Of a stretch of 64,000 nt of DNA, positions 26,689-34,991 are shown one piece after another. A program made the position numbers and the translations under genes. The notes under the pieces are model-generated. The model made no database searches, was not told the origin of the DNA, and saw only the letters and a list, made by a program, of their open reading frames with translations. The stretch's first letter is position 1. Every line of letters starts with the position of its first letter. The DNA comes from Candidatus Paceibacter sp. (GTDB lineage Bacteria; Patescibacteriota; Minisyncoccia; UBA6257; 02-FULL-45-10c), in assembly GCA_020724845.1 (NCBI GenBank), contig DYGE01000001.1:58218-122217 (forward strand), written 5' to 3'.

Positions 26689-27730
26689 CTTCTTGTAATA
26701 TTTCGGGGCGCCCTAAGAGTTCCGGCTCTATACCTACGGCCTGGTCGGTAATCTTTAGCACGTCTTTATCAATTTTGCCGAGTTCCTTATAGGCGCTGTT
26801 GTACATATTTACTGAAGTTCCCAGATGCGTTCCCAATTTTTGCATATATGATTCGTAGCTGGACAGATGTTTGCCAAGCGCTTCAACTCTCTTTCGGATT
26901 TCTTTTGCCGATTCTTCAATCTGCAAAGCTTTAAGGCCTTGAAGCACGGTCTGCAAATAAGCGAGGAAGGAAGTCGGAGAAACGATGATGACATGCCTAT
27001 CCTTAAAGGCGTATTGGATAAGATCCTGCGTATTTGCTTTAACCGCGCCTACTTTGTTGATCAGCAGATCGTAGTAAATCGCTTCGGCGGGAATAAACAT
27101 AAAAGCGAATTCCATCGTCCCCTCCTCCGGCTTTACATATTTAGCGGTTTCATCGATGCGGTTTTTTAAATCCTGCCGGAAAGCTTTTTCCAGCTCTTCT
27201 CGAGTTTCTTGGTCGCGCGCCTCTAAAATTCGGTTGTAATTTTCCAAACTGAATTTGGAGTCAATAGGGATTATTTTGTCCTGAACGAAAATAACCGCAT
27301 CCACGATAGTCCCATCCTTGAATGGATATTGCATCTGATATCGCCCCGGGGGAAGGACATTTTTAAGGAGCGTTTCCAGATAATATTCACCCAGCACTCC
27401 GCGCTGTTTCGGATTTTTGAGGATATCCTGCAAGTTCTGCAGCTGGTCGGCAAAGCTGACGACTTGCTTGTTGGTTTCATCCAATTTGGCGAGGCGTTCG
27501 GTAACATCCCGGATAATCCGGGCGCTTTCTGAAAATTGCCTCTGCATTGAACGGGTTGACTCGCCTATTTTGGAATCCAAAGTATTCCTAATTTCGTGAA
27601 GCTGGCTTTGGAGCATGACCAGAGACTGCTCATCTCTTCTTGTCTCCGGTTTTTGGCTGCGCAAAGCCCAAAATACAGTGGCGAATCCGAGCACTACAAC
27701 TATTAAAATTAATATTGAAAAAATATCCAC
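26684..27730 (-). CDS. rmuC: DNA recombination protein RmuC
   Basis: N-terminal TM, long coiled coil and RmuC core; GTG start. Confidence 0.85.
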   Translation of the reverse strand: MDIFSILILIVVVLGFATVFWALRSQKPETRRDEQSLVMLQSQLHEIRNTLDSKIGESTRSMQRQFSESARIIRDVTERLAKLDETNKQVVSFADQLQNLQDILKNPKQRGVLGEYYLETLLKNVLPPGRYQMQYPFKDGTIVDAVIFVQDKIIPIDSKFSLENYNRILEARDQETREELEKAFRQDLKNRIDETAKYVKPEEGTMEFAFMFIPAEAIYYDLLINKVGAVKANTQDLIQYAFKDRHVIIVSPTSFLAYLQTVLQGLKALQIEESAKEIRKRVEALGKHLSSYESYMQKLGTHLGTSVNMYNSAYKELGKIDKDVLKITDQAVGIEPELLGRPEILQEE

Positions 27731-27855
27731 CCCGTTAGAGCCAGGTCGTCTTTAGACGACCGTAACTCGGGCGGCTAAATTGTTTCTGGCGATTAATTAT
27801 GATTCTTAAAATAAAATATAGTTTAGCAGACATAGCTTGATTGGCTCTAACGGGG
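27730..27855 (-). promoter_or_regulatory. Structured rmuC 5' leader: 14-bp inverted repeat (ccccgttagagcca / tggctctaacgggg) spanning ~125 nt, with inner hairpin ggtcgtctttagacgacc
   Basis: Read directly; the proximal arm abuts the GTG start codon. Confidence 0.5.
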
Positions 27856-27885
27856 TCCATAGTCTTAATCTTTGAATTTTACCAT

Positions 27886-27912
27886 AAAAAAACCGCATGT
27901 AGAATGCGGCTA
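27886..27912 (-). terminator. Intrinsic terminator (ccgcatgtagaatgcgg + 7-T run on minus)
   Basis: Directly after the stop of the 54-aa ORF. Confidence 0.65.
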
Positions 27913-27916
27913 GGCT

Positions 27917-28081
27917 TTAAGCCCCGAAAAATCTCATCAGCAGCTTGGTCAATTCAACGGCGATATCTCTTATAACGTCAATCAATGCCGCATGAACAAG
28001 ATGCAAGATTGCGACTACTGGAAGAAGAAGGATTGCTAAAAGCACAATCTGCGCCCAACCGTTCTTTGATTCCATTATCAT
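27917..28081 (-). CDS. Small membrane protein (54 aa)
   Basis: Below the 60-codon ORF-track cutoff. MIMESKNGWAQIVLLAILLLPVVAILHLVHAALIDVIRDIAVELTKLLMRFFGA. Sits 41 nt downstream of the peptidase gene and is followed by a terminator. Confidence 0.4.
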   Translation of the reverse strand: MIMESKNGWAQIVLLAILLLPVVAILHLVHAALIDVIRDIAVELTKLLMRFFGA

Positions 28082-28122
28082 GACCCCGAGAAGAACTTAT
28101 TTAGAGGATAATACTAAATCAT

Positions 28123-28776
28123 TTATGAAACAAGGGTCGCGCCGATCATTAGGTAGTCCAGATCGGTGCCAGCACGTAAATCCAGAAAATGTCCTTCCGG
28201 GAAAAGCGGGTAAGAATGAACAACATTGTCGTAAAGGCCGAATCTCTCTTCCACGTAAGAAGGAGAGACGAATGCCTTTGGCTCGTATTTTCTGCCATTT
28301 TTCCAAGCGAGCAGCATATTCGGAATTATATCAATTACGGCAACTTTATTTTCCGGAGACGCGGTTATCAGCAGGCTGTCCGCAGCATGGAATTCAAGCG
28401 CTTTTTCCGCCAGGCCCGCGTAACAGCAATCATTAACGAAGATCAACCGACTTCCATGATGTGCAAGCGCCAGAGCCAATTCGGAGTAGAAGAGAATATC
28501 GTCGCAAGTGCCCTGAACCGCCCATCCTCCACCATCTTTTTTACTGCCGTGTCCTATGTAAAACAGGCACACATCCTCTTTTGAGCTTTCTATAAATACT
28601 TCTTCCAGTTTTTCAAAAATTTCAGCGCTGTCCGCGTTTCTAATAATCAGCAGATTCTGCAAGGGAACTTTGAAGTCAGTAGTAAGGCTACTAGTTAATT
28701 GTTTAGCAACTTTTTCAAATCTCTGGCCGTCAGTATCCTTGGAGTTGGTTTTTCCAAGCACTATTATGGCTTGCAT
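28123..28776 (-). CDS. Clan CD cysteine peptidase, C13 (legumain)-like core
   Basis: His-Gly (LFYIGHGSKKDGG) and Cys (LIFVNDCCYAGLA) dyad in the spacing and context of legumain (IYFTDHGAPG / FYIEACESGS). Confidence 0.55.
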   Translation of the reverse strand: MQAIIVLGKTNSKDTDGQRFEKVAKQLTSSLTTDFKVPLQNLLIIRNADSAEIFEKLEEVFIESSKEDVCLFYIGHGSKKDGGGWAVQGTCDDILFYSELALALAHHGSRLIFVNDCCYAGLAEKALEFHAADSLLITASPENKVAVIDIIPNMLLAWKNGRKYEPKAFVSPSYVEERFGLYDNVVHSYPLFPEGHFLDLRAGTDLDYLMIGATLVS

Positions 28777-28859
28777 CGGATCCCATTTTCAAAGAATGCA
28801 GTGATTATAAAACTTTCCTGACAAAAGTAAAGGAAAAAATTATAACATGGCAGCCTCGC

Positions 28860-29432
28860 TTAGCGCACCAACACTTCTATGCCGCTTAGAAGCAGAAATA
28901 TTCCTATAGAATTCAGAATGAATGAGAGGGCCGCGAATTGCTTATCCCCCAGTTTGTAAATGCCAAGCAATCCTACGCCCATCTCATCCGGAAACGGAGA
29001 CGCGATTAAAATAGCTCCCAATACCGGCCCGAGCCAGACGAAATATTTTGTGTGAATAACCCAATGGAATCTTAATAAGTTTTCTCCTCCGACTTTTCGG
29101 AATACGCTCTTTAATTCATCGGATAGGTCATCCTTCACAAATTTAAAGATAGTATAGTCGCCGATTACGGCTCCCAGGCCGGCAAGTACCGCGACTGCCG
29201 GGATATTCAAGCTCTCTCCTAATAAAAACAGCAAAGCTGTGGCGGGAACTACCGTAAAAGTGGAGACGAAGAAAATTCCTACCACAAAGGCGCTGAAATA
29301 CCCGAAAACCCCCAGAGATTCAATTATCTGATCAAAAAAACCAGTCTGGGAAAATAGGTAGGTTAAGATCAGGACGGAGAAGAATATCGCTAGGTTTGGA
29401 TATTGCAAGCTGTCTCTATGGCTCATAGTCAT
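28860..29432 (-). CDS. Hypothetical polytopic membrane protein
   Basis: 190 aa with 5-6 TM helices. Confidence 0.5.
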   Translation of the reverse strand: MTMSHRDSLQYPNLAIFFSVLILTYLFSQTGFFDQIIESLGVFGYFSAFVVGIFFVSTFTVVPATALLFLLGESLNIPAVAVLAGLGAVIGDYTIFKFVKDDLSDELKSVFRKVGGENLLRFHWVIHTKYFVWLGPVLGAILIASPFPDEMGVGLLGIYKLGDKQFAALSFILNSIGIFLLLSGIEVLVR

Positions 29433-30625
29433 ATTTCATTAAGCTGTTGCCGGTATTTTTCTTTCATCGCGTTAAATGCCGCCAAATCTGCTTCATTAAT
29501 CGGATCGCCTGGCGGGATGGTTTCGGTAAATGGATTCACTAGAGAGCCGAAGCGGTGCATTTCATAATGAAGATGCGGGCCGGTTGAAAGTCCGGTTGAG
29601 CCGACGTAACCTACTATCTGCCCCTGCCTCACCCGCGTGCCTACTTTAATTCCCTTGGCGATGCTGGAGAAATGCCCATAAACAGTGCTGTACATCTCGT
29701 TGTGCCGAACTTTGACCATTATTCCGTAATAACCGTTCCAGCCGGCCTGAACTACTGTGCCGTCGCCGACGGTAACTACCGGCGTCCCGGATGGCGCGGC
29801 GTAGTCAATTCCGCGATGCCTGGTAAATTTTTTGAGAATCGGATTAAAGCGATTTAAGCTGTAGCCGGAGCTAATGTACTTATATTGAAGCGGCGCCTTT
29901 AAAAATACTTTTTGAACTGAATTTCCCTCTTCATCGTAATGACCAGCTTTGGTTTCAGGGCTTTCAAAGTAATATCCTTGAAACTTTTCTCCGGCGTTAA
30001 TGAATTCTACCGCCAAGATTTTTCCAGGGTGATCGTAAACGCCTTCCCGATACCTTTTTTCATAAATTACCTTAAAACTGTCTCCTTTCTGGACTTGGGC
30101 AGCAAAATCAACCTGCCAAGCCAAAGTTTCAGCTATCGCGAGCGCCAAGCGCTCGTCCAAACCTTGGCTGGTTATCGTTTCGTACAACGAACTCTCGATC
30201 ACCCCCATAGCTTTGCTGATTTCCGTAGTGTACTCAATCGGTATTAATTTTGCTTCCCAGTTCTCAATACTGGTCGTGGAAGTGTTGGTGACCAGCAGTT
30301 TTTCTTCTTTGTTGATCTCATATTGCAATTCTTTTAAAGCGCCGGTAGTTTTGTCGTACGCGAAAGCAATCTGCTTACCGGCGACAATTTTAGCAAGGTC
30401 GTAAACCTCCTTCGCTTCCGCGAGGATGGCGCTGGCGGTGGAAGTCGCGACGCCCGCTTCGCTAGCAATAACGCTGAAGGTAGAGCCGGTCAGGATGTCT
30501 TTCCGGATTATATCCAACGATTCTTCCTGCTCTAAGCTAAAATGGTTATTCCCGCCAAGAAATAACAGGGATAAACCCAGCATTCCGGCAATTAAAAAAT
30601 TCCTTCTATTAAGAAATTTAGGCAT
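29429..30625 (-). CDS. M23 family peptidase (LytM-like)
   Basis: HRGIDYAAPSGTPV and GSTGLSTGPHLHYE zinc-ligand motifs; N-terminal anchor. Confidence 0.85.
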   Translation of the reverse strand: MPKFLNRRNFLIAGMLGLSLLFLGGNNHFSLEQEESLDIIRKDILTGSTFSVIASEAGVATSTASAILAEAKEVYDLAKIVAGKQIAFAYDKTTGALKELQYEINKEEKLLVTNTSTTSIENWEAKLIPIEYTTEISKAMGVIESSLYETITSQGLDERLALAIAETLAWQVDFAAQVQKGDSFKVIYEKRYREGVYDHPGKILAVEFINAGEKFQGYYFESPETKAGHYDEEGNSVQKVFLKAPLQYKYISSGYSLNRFNPILKKFTRHRGIDYAAPSGTPVVTVGDGTVVQAGWNGYYGIMVKVRHNEMYSTVYGHFSSIAKGIKVGTRVRQGQIVGYVGSTGLSTGPHLHYEMHRFGSLVNPFTETIPPGDPINEADLAAFNAMKEKYRQQLNEI

Positions 30626-30671
30626 AACTTAGTTATTTTATTCTATCAATATTTGTCCTGAATCCACAAAT

Positions 30672-30699
30672 CAAAAATCCGCCAGTTTGGCGGATTTTG
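30672..30699. terminator. Hairpin terminator (atccgccagtttggcggat + T-run)
   Basis: After the stop of the 65-aa gene. Confidence 0.6.
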
Positions 30700-30702
30700 A
30701 AT

Positions 30703-30900
30703 CTATCTTCCGAAACCTCCTCGGAAAGCCGGTCGGCGCTTTTTATTGCAATCGTAGCAATATAAGCGTCCGTAGGTGCCGTCTTGCCTTTTATTCGGCT
30801 CAAACGGTAATTCCTTGATCTGCGTGCCGCACTCGGTGCAAGTGATGTTCATGGCGGACACATCATGCATTTGGCGCTGGGGCCTGTTTTGCATCTCCAT
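30703..30900 (-). CDS. Small zinc-ribbon protein with RGG tail
   Basis: CTECG...CYDC four-Cys ribbon; C-terminal RPAFRGGFGR. Confidence 0.55.
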   Translation of the reverse strand: MEMQNRPQRQMHDVSAMNITCTECGTQIKELPFEPNKRQDGTYGRLYCYDCNKKRRPAFRGGFGR

Positions 30901-31032
30901 CGTTCGTTCCTAATTAATTTTTATTGTATTTAGGCGAACGACTAATAATATAATTAAACGCTAATTACTATCGCCTATTATTTAACTACAATAGTTAATA
31001 TTGTAGCAGATATTTTCTGATCTGGTCAATTA

Positions 31033-31061
31033 ATAAAAAAAGCGGCTTTATGATAGCCGCC
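31033..31061 (-). terminator. Terminator hairpin overlapping the stop codon (gcggctttatgatagccgc + 8-T run)
   Basis: Read directly. Confidence 0.6.
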
Positions 31062-31638
31062 GCGCTATTTCCAGAAACATTGTGTCTCGATCCTGGTGTT
31101 TAGAAATGAGTTTGTAGGATTGCCAGCATATTTGCTCGGGGGTATTGGAGAGCTTAGACGGTAAGGATCCAAGAAAGGAAACTATCCGTCTATTTGTTAA
31201 CTCTTCTATAATCATTACCAGTAAGCCAGAAATGAGACAAGTCGCCATGGTTATTAGCACAGAGAAAGTCATGGTTACCATAAACCGCTCAATGAGCGAA
31301 AGTGCTTGCGGAGCACTCTGCCAAAGAACTGCATTTACGAAGGCGAAGAGAGAAAACGGCAAAAGCCAAAGAGAGTGGAAAGCTGCCCGCTGAAGTAGGC
31401 CAGTTATTCTGGATCTCCTGGCTACCAAACCAACTAATTTCAAGAGAGCTTCCTTGCTAAGATCCTGCAAATTCCCCTTTTGTAAACCATATCGGGCGTA
31501 GCAGATCTTAGGGAAGTAAATGTCAAAGTCTCGGTAGGTTTCGTGAAGTTTTTCCTTAAGCTGCCGCGCTTTTGCTTCATTTAGCGCGCAAGCCAGCTCA
31601 TCTTGAGGCGTTTTCTTGACCAGGTTGTTTTCGACCAT
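31048..31638 (-). CDS. Hypothetical membrane protein
   Basis: 196 aa; soluble N-terminal domain then three TM helices. Confidence 0.5.
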   Translation of the reverse strand: MVENNLVKKTPQDELACALNEAKARQLKEKLHETYRDFDIYFPKICYARYGLQKGNLQDLSKEALLKLVGLVARRSRITGLLQRAAFHSLWLLPFSLFAFVNAVLWQSAPQALSLIERFMVTMTFSVLITMATCLISGLLVMIIEELTNRRIVSFLGSLPSKLSNTPEQICWQSYKLISKHQDRDTMFLEIARRLS

Positions 31639-31713
31639 CTTTATTCTCCTTTCAAGGATCGTTCTTGAACAGATGTTACTATAAAATCATCTTTTAGTCA
31701 ACAAAAATGCCGC

Positions 31714-32316
31714 TCATGGAGCGGCCTTAGATCGCGGAGTTACGGTAATCTTTCCTTTCATCCAAGGGTGCGGGCGGCAGTTATAAGGGTAAGCGCCCGT
31801 CTCAACAAATTGGATCGGCTTGGATTGCTTCCCTTTGGTAATGCCTCCGGTGTCAAAAAAATTCTTGGCGCCATCTTCCGCCGTTGCGGTATGGTACATC
31901 GCGGCGCTGCGGAAATCTTGATTGGTCCAGATTACTTTGTCGCAAGATTTAATTTTCAGATTTTTTGGTTCGTAGGCTTTATCTCTTAAATTCAGTTCCG
32001 GCGGAGACATGCCATACTTGGTGATTGTGACAGTATGCACGTTATAACTGACATCCTGACATTCCGGATTTTCGACTTTTGGCCGGCATTCGCCTCGGGA
32101 TTTGACTTCTACTTTAGCGACTGACGCCTTGCATTCGTTTGGATACGTCTTCCCATCCGCGCCGCAGACCGGAGCGTAATGTTCGGTGCAGATAGTTTTT
32201 CCATCGGGCGGTTTCGTTTCCGGCTGGCTGTTTTTAGCGCAACCGCTTAAAAGCCAGAGTAGGAGGAGCAAGATCGCGGCCATAATGAACGGCTTGGCGA
32301 TGATTAGCTTGTTCAT
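31714..32316 (-). CDS. Lipoprotein with Kazal-type inhibitor domain and cupredoxin-like (type-1 copper) domain
   Basis: Lipobox LLSGC. Kazal motif CTEHYAPVCGADGKTYPNECKA. C-terminal YPYNCRPHPWMKGKITV with Cys-His-Met ligands. Start at internal ATG. Confidence 0.6.
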   Translation of the reverse strand: MNKLIIAKPFIMAAILLLLLWLLSGCAKNSQPETKPPDGKTICTEHYAPVCGADGKTYPNECKASVAKVEVKSRGECRPKVENPECQDVSYNVHTVTITKYGMSPPELNLRDKAYEPKNLKIKSCDKVIWTNQDFRSAAMYHTATAEDGAKNFFDTGGITKGKQSKPIQFVETGAYPYNCRPHPWMKGKITVTPRSKAAP

Positions 32317-32380
32317 GTTATCCGCTGATTTCAAAGTTCAGATAAGTTCATCTTGGAAAATTTGGAACAGAAAGTCAAAT

Positions 32381-32407
32381 AAAAAAATCCCACCTATCAC
32401 AGGTGGG
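32381..32407 (-). terminator. Terminator hairpin overlapping the stop (cccacctatcacaggtggg + T-run)
   Basis: Read directly. Confidence 0.6.
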
Positions 32408-33110
32408 TGTTATAAGAGGCTAATTCCTGGGTCAGTTGCTTAATCCTTTCTCTGGAGAGGTACGCTTTCCCGCGATGCTTTTCAAGTGTCCTGGACAAAA
32501 CAAGATACAGGCACTCATCGCAATGGTTCGGAAGTTCTTCATTTGGTTTAGGATTGCAATGGGATTTTTCAAGCAAATAAGATCCAAAGACTACTAGGAA
32601 TGTTGCTATGCAGATCCAGTGGCTTTGAGTAAGGACAGTAAGCAAGGTAGTAATTCCTCCCGTAACTGCTAACCAAGAAAAAAAGGCGGTCATCTCGGAT
32701 TTATCATGGGGACCGCATCCTTCGTTCTCACGAATTTTTTTAGCCGGAACAAAAATGAAGCTTTCCCAAAATTTGTAGCAGAGCAGCGCCATCCGGTGCC
32801 TGATTCCGATTCTTCTGCCAAGAAGCTTTTCAAGGCATTGCAGCCCGTCATGGTCCAATTGCAAAACATCCGATCTGGTTAGAGGGAAATGTTTAACTGC
32901 TAGGTTTGAAAACAAATCAAAGGCCTTGCTAGATTTCCTATCCAGGCCAGCGTTAAAGCTCTCTTGCTCGGCGATGGCTCGTTCTTTGCTTCTAGTGTCC
33001 AGTAGAACCATCAGTTTCTCATTGCCCTTCATCTGTACCAGATTCTTGTTCTCACCCATCTCGCGCTCCTTTTTTGAATCAAAGTTCTGACTCTGCGCAT
33101 ATATTACCAA
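32397..33110 (-). CDS. Hypothetical membrane protein
   Basis: 237-aa ORF; the real start is possibly the internal Met of MGENKN; two TM helices; CxxC pairs. Confidence 0.45.
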   Translation of the reverse strand: MVIYAQSQNFDSKKEREMGENKNLVQMKGNEKLMVLLDTRSKERAIAEQESFNAGLDRKSSKAFDLFSNLAVKHFPLTRSDVLQLDHDGLQCLEKLLGRRIGIRHRMALLCYKFWESFIFVPAKKIRENEGCGPHDKSEMTAFFSWLAVTGGITTLLTVLTQSHWICIATFLVVFGSYLLEKSHCNPKPNEELPNHCDECLYLVLSRTLEKHRGKAYLSRERIKQLTQELASYNTHL

Positions 33111-33133
33111 ATAATATCGCTAGAGTCAAACAC

Positions 33134-33613
33134 CTATTTGGGCGGCGCAGACTTAATCTCTTCCCGCAATTTCATCCAGACTTTACCAAGTTCGTTTCTC
33201 CCCTTTTTGTCCGGTCCCCAGCCCCAGAAGCTGTCAACCGGAGAATCCTCAACCATAGGCCGGTCGCCTGTCTGGAGAAGCTTTCTTTTTACGTAGGGGT
33301 GCTGTTCTAGTTTAAGTCGGCAGATTTCTTCCATAACCTTAACTTTCTTGGCGTCCCAGTCGGATCGGACATACTCCCGATACTTTTCCGCGATTTTCTT
33401 GGATTCATAAGCGGAGCGGGCATAGAAAATTTCTTCGGCAATTTCCGGATGGTTATGCATAAACTTTGCCGCTTGGTAAGCATGTTCGGATGTCTGCCAC
33501 AGCCGGCCCATCCATTCAACCGCAAAGCTGGAAAAGTTAGAAAAGCAGAAGAATCTTCTCTCGTAAAATCCGATGGCCTCACTTGATTCCGGAATGCGCT
33601 GCTGGTCGTTCAT
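33134..33613 (-). CDS. NADAR (YbiA-like, DUF1768) domain protein
   Basis: FYERRFFCFSNFS...WQTSEHAYQAAKF matches the NADAR signature. Start at the Met of MNDQQ. Confidence 0.7.
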   Translation of the reverse strand: MNDQQRIPESSEAIGFYERRFFCFSNFSSFAVEWMGRLWQTSEHAYQAAKFMHNHPEIAEEIFYARSAYESKKIAEKYREYVRSDWDAKKVKVMEEICRLKLEQHPYVKRKLLQTGDRPMVEDSPVDSFWGWGPDKKGRNELGKVWMKLREEIKSAPPK

Positions 33614-33701
33614 ACTCCTCCTTTGTTGAACCTGCTGGAGGTGATGATAGCAGACAGGCAAGAAAAAGAAAAGGAGGCAACATTGCCTCCTTTAGTAAAG
33701 C

Positions 33702-34886
33702 TTAGTCATCAAGCTTGATAAGGGTGTTCGTTGGTAGATGTATCACCGCCGTCAACACCATCCATCCGAATGCCGCCCAGAAACTCATAGCTTGCAGTAT
33801 GCATACCGCAATGTACATTCCCGGCAAACCGCACCAAAACGTCCTTGACACGGCGCTGCCGCTTGCCCCTTTTTGCAAGAAAGTAAACAGAATGGCCAGC
33901 ACTAGTACTCGGTAGGACACGCTAGCAACGAAAATTCCCAGGAAATAATACACTCCGTAAAGAAGCCAGATTGCTAACGGGATGCCGATTAGATAGCCAA
34001 GCGGCCCTGGCTCATGCTCCGGATTTTTCCCGGCATTTCCTCGGTCGTAAAGCAGCGCTCCAAAAATTACACTCAGACATGCGGGTATGAATATAGAAAG
34101 CTTGAGATAATCCCAGAATCCCCAACCCGGCAAAACAAATGTCGGATTTTCCACAAACCACAGCATAGCGTCAGAAAGCGGCTTGGTCATCAGCGCGTAG
34201 CTGACTAAGGCGCATAGGCCGTCATAGCCTATGATCAAACCGTCAATCGCGTTGAATCTTTGGATTTTATGCATTGAAAATATCACCGCGTTTGAAGCAA
34301 AGTGCGCTAGAACAGAGGCCAGTAGACCGTACTTCACAAAGATGTAGGTAAAAAAGATTCCAGCCACGAATTGCGGGAGCACTCGCAGAATATTGCGATC
34401 CTCTTCTCTTTGGAAATTTTTCAGATGGACCAGTGCCCAAAAGCTGTTCCCTATCAGAAATAACAGATAAAACGCTATTGTCCCGGATATAAAGGGAATC
34501 TTAACTAATAAACCTAGGAAAAACCATCGCGCCAGAATTTCTTCCAAAAGAACCATAATGAAGAAAGTGCGGAAGTGATTTCCTTCCTGCATACTCCTAA
34601 AGAGTTCATTAATAGAATGCTTACCGCTCTGGCCAAGTATCGCGCCTTGCGCTAGTCCGGCGAAAATCGTGCACGGCAATTCTATCACCACCGTGGCGAG
34701 AATAACCAAAAACATCGTTAAGAAATTTTCCTGGCCGACAGCGATTTCGCTTACTTTGCCGGCCAGGAGCAGAATCAAGTCACTGCCTACTAGTCCGAAC
34801 AGCTGCGATTTCCAAGCTATCAGCCAAAGCAGACAAAACGTTCCGAGCATAGAAAATGCCCCAAGGCGGCCTTCTTTGCTTTCCAC
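33702..34886 (-). CDS. CPBP (CAAX protease / Abi) family intramembrane metalloprotease
   Basis: EEILARWF (EExxxR), FWALVHL (FxxxH) and HFASNAV (HxxxN) motifs within a polytopic protein. Confidence 0.8.
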   Translation of the reverse strand: MESKEGRLGAFSMLGTFCLLWLIAWKSQLFGLVGSDLILLLAGKVSEIAVGQENFLTMFLVILATVVIELPCTIFAGLAQGAILGQSGKHSINELFRSMQEGNHFRTFFIMVLLEEILARWFFLGLLVKIPFISGTIAFYLLFLIGNSFWALVHLKNFQREEDRNILRVLPQFVAGIFFTYIFVKYGLLASVLAHFASNAVIFSMHKIQRFNAIDGLIIGYDGLCALVSYALMTKPLSDAMLWFVENPTFVLPGWGFWDYLKLSIFIPACLSVIFGALLYDRGNAGKNPEHEPGPLGYLIGIPLAIWLLYGVYYFLGIFVASVSYRVLVLAILFTFLQKGASGSAVSRTFWCGLPGMYIAVCILQAMSFWAAFGWMVLTAVIHLPTNTLIKLDD

Positions 34887-34991
34887 CCATCATCTCCTTT
34901 GTGAAAGTGCTTATGTGCCTGGAGATATAATACAGGAAATTATTTACGTTGTCAAGAAAGCTGCGCGGCTGACAATTAGCCGCGTTTTTGA

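Noticed and set aside
26592-26792. 66-aa plus ORF through the sRNA terminator
   Set aside because: Reads straight through a 14-bp GC hairpin and into the rmuC antisense; TTG start; no Shine-Dalgarno.
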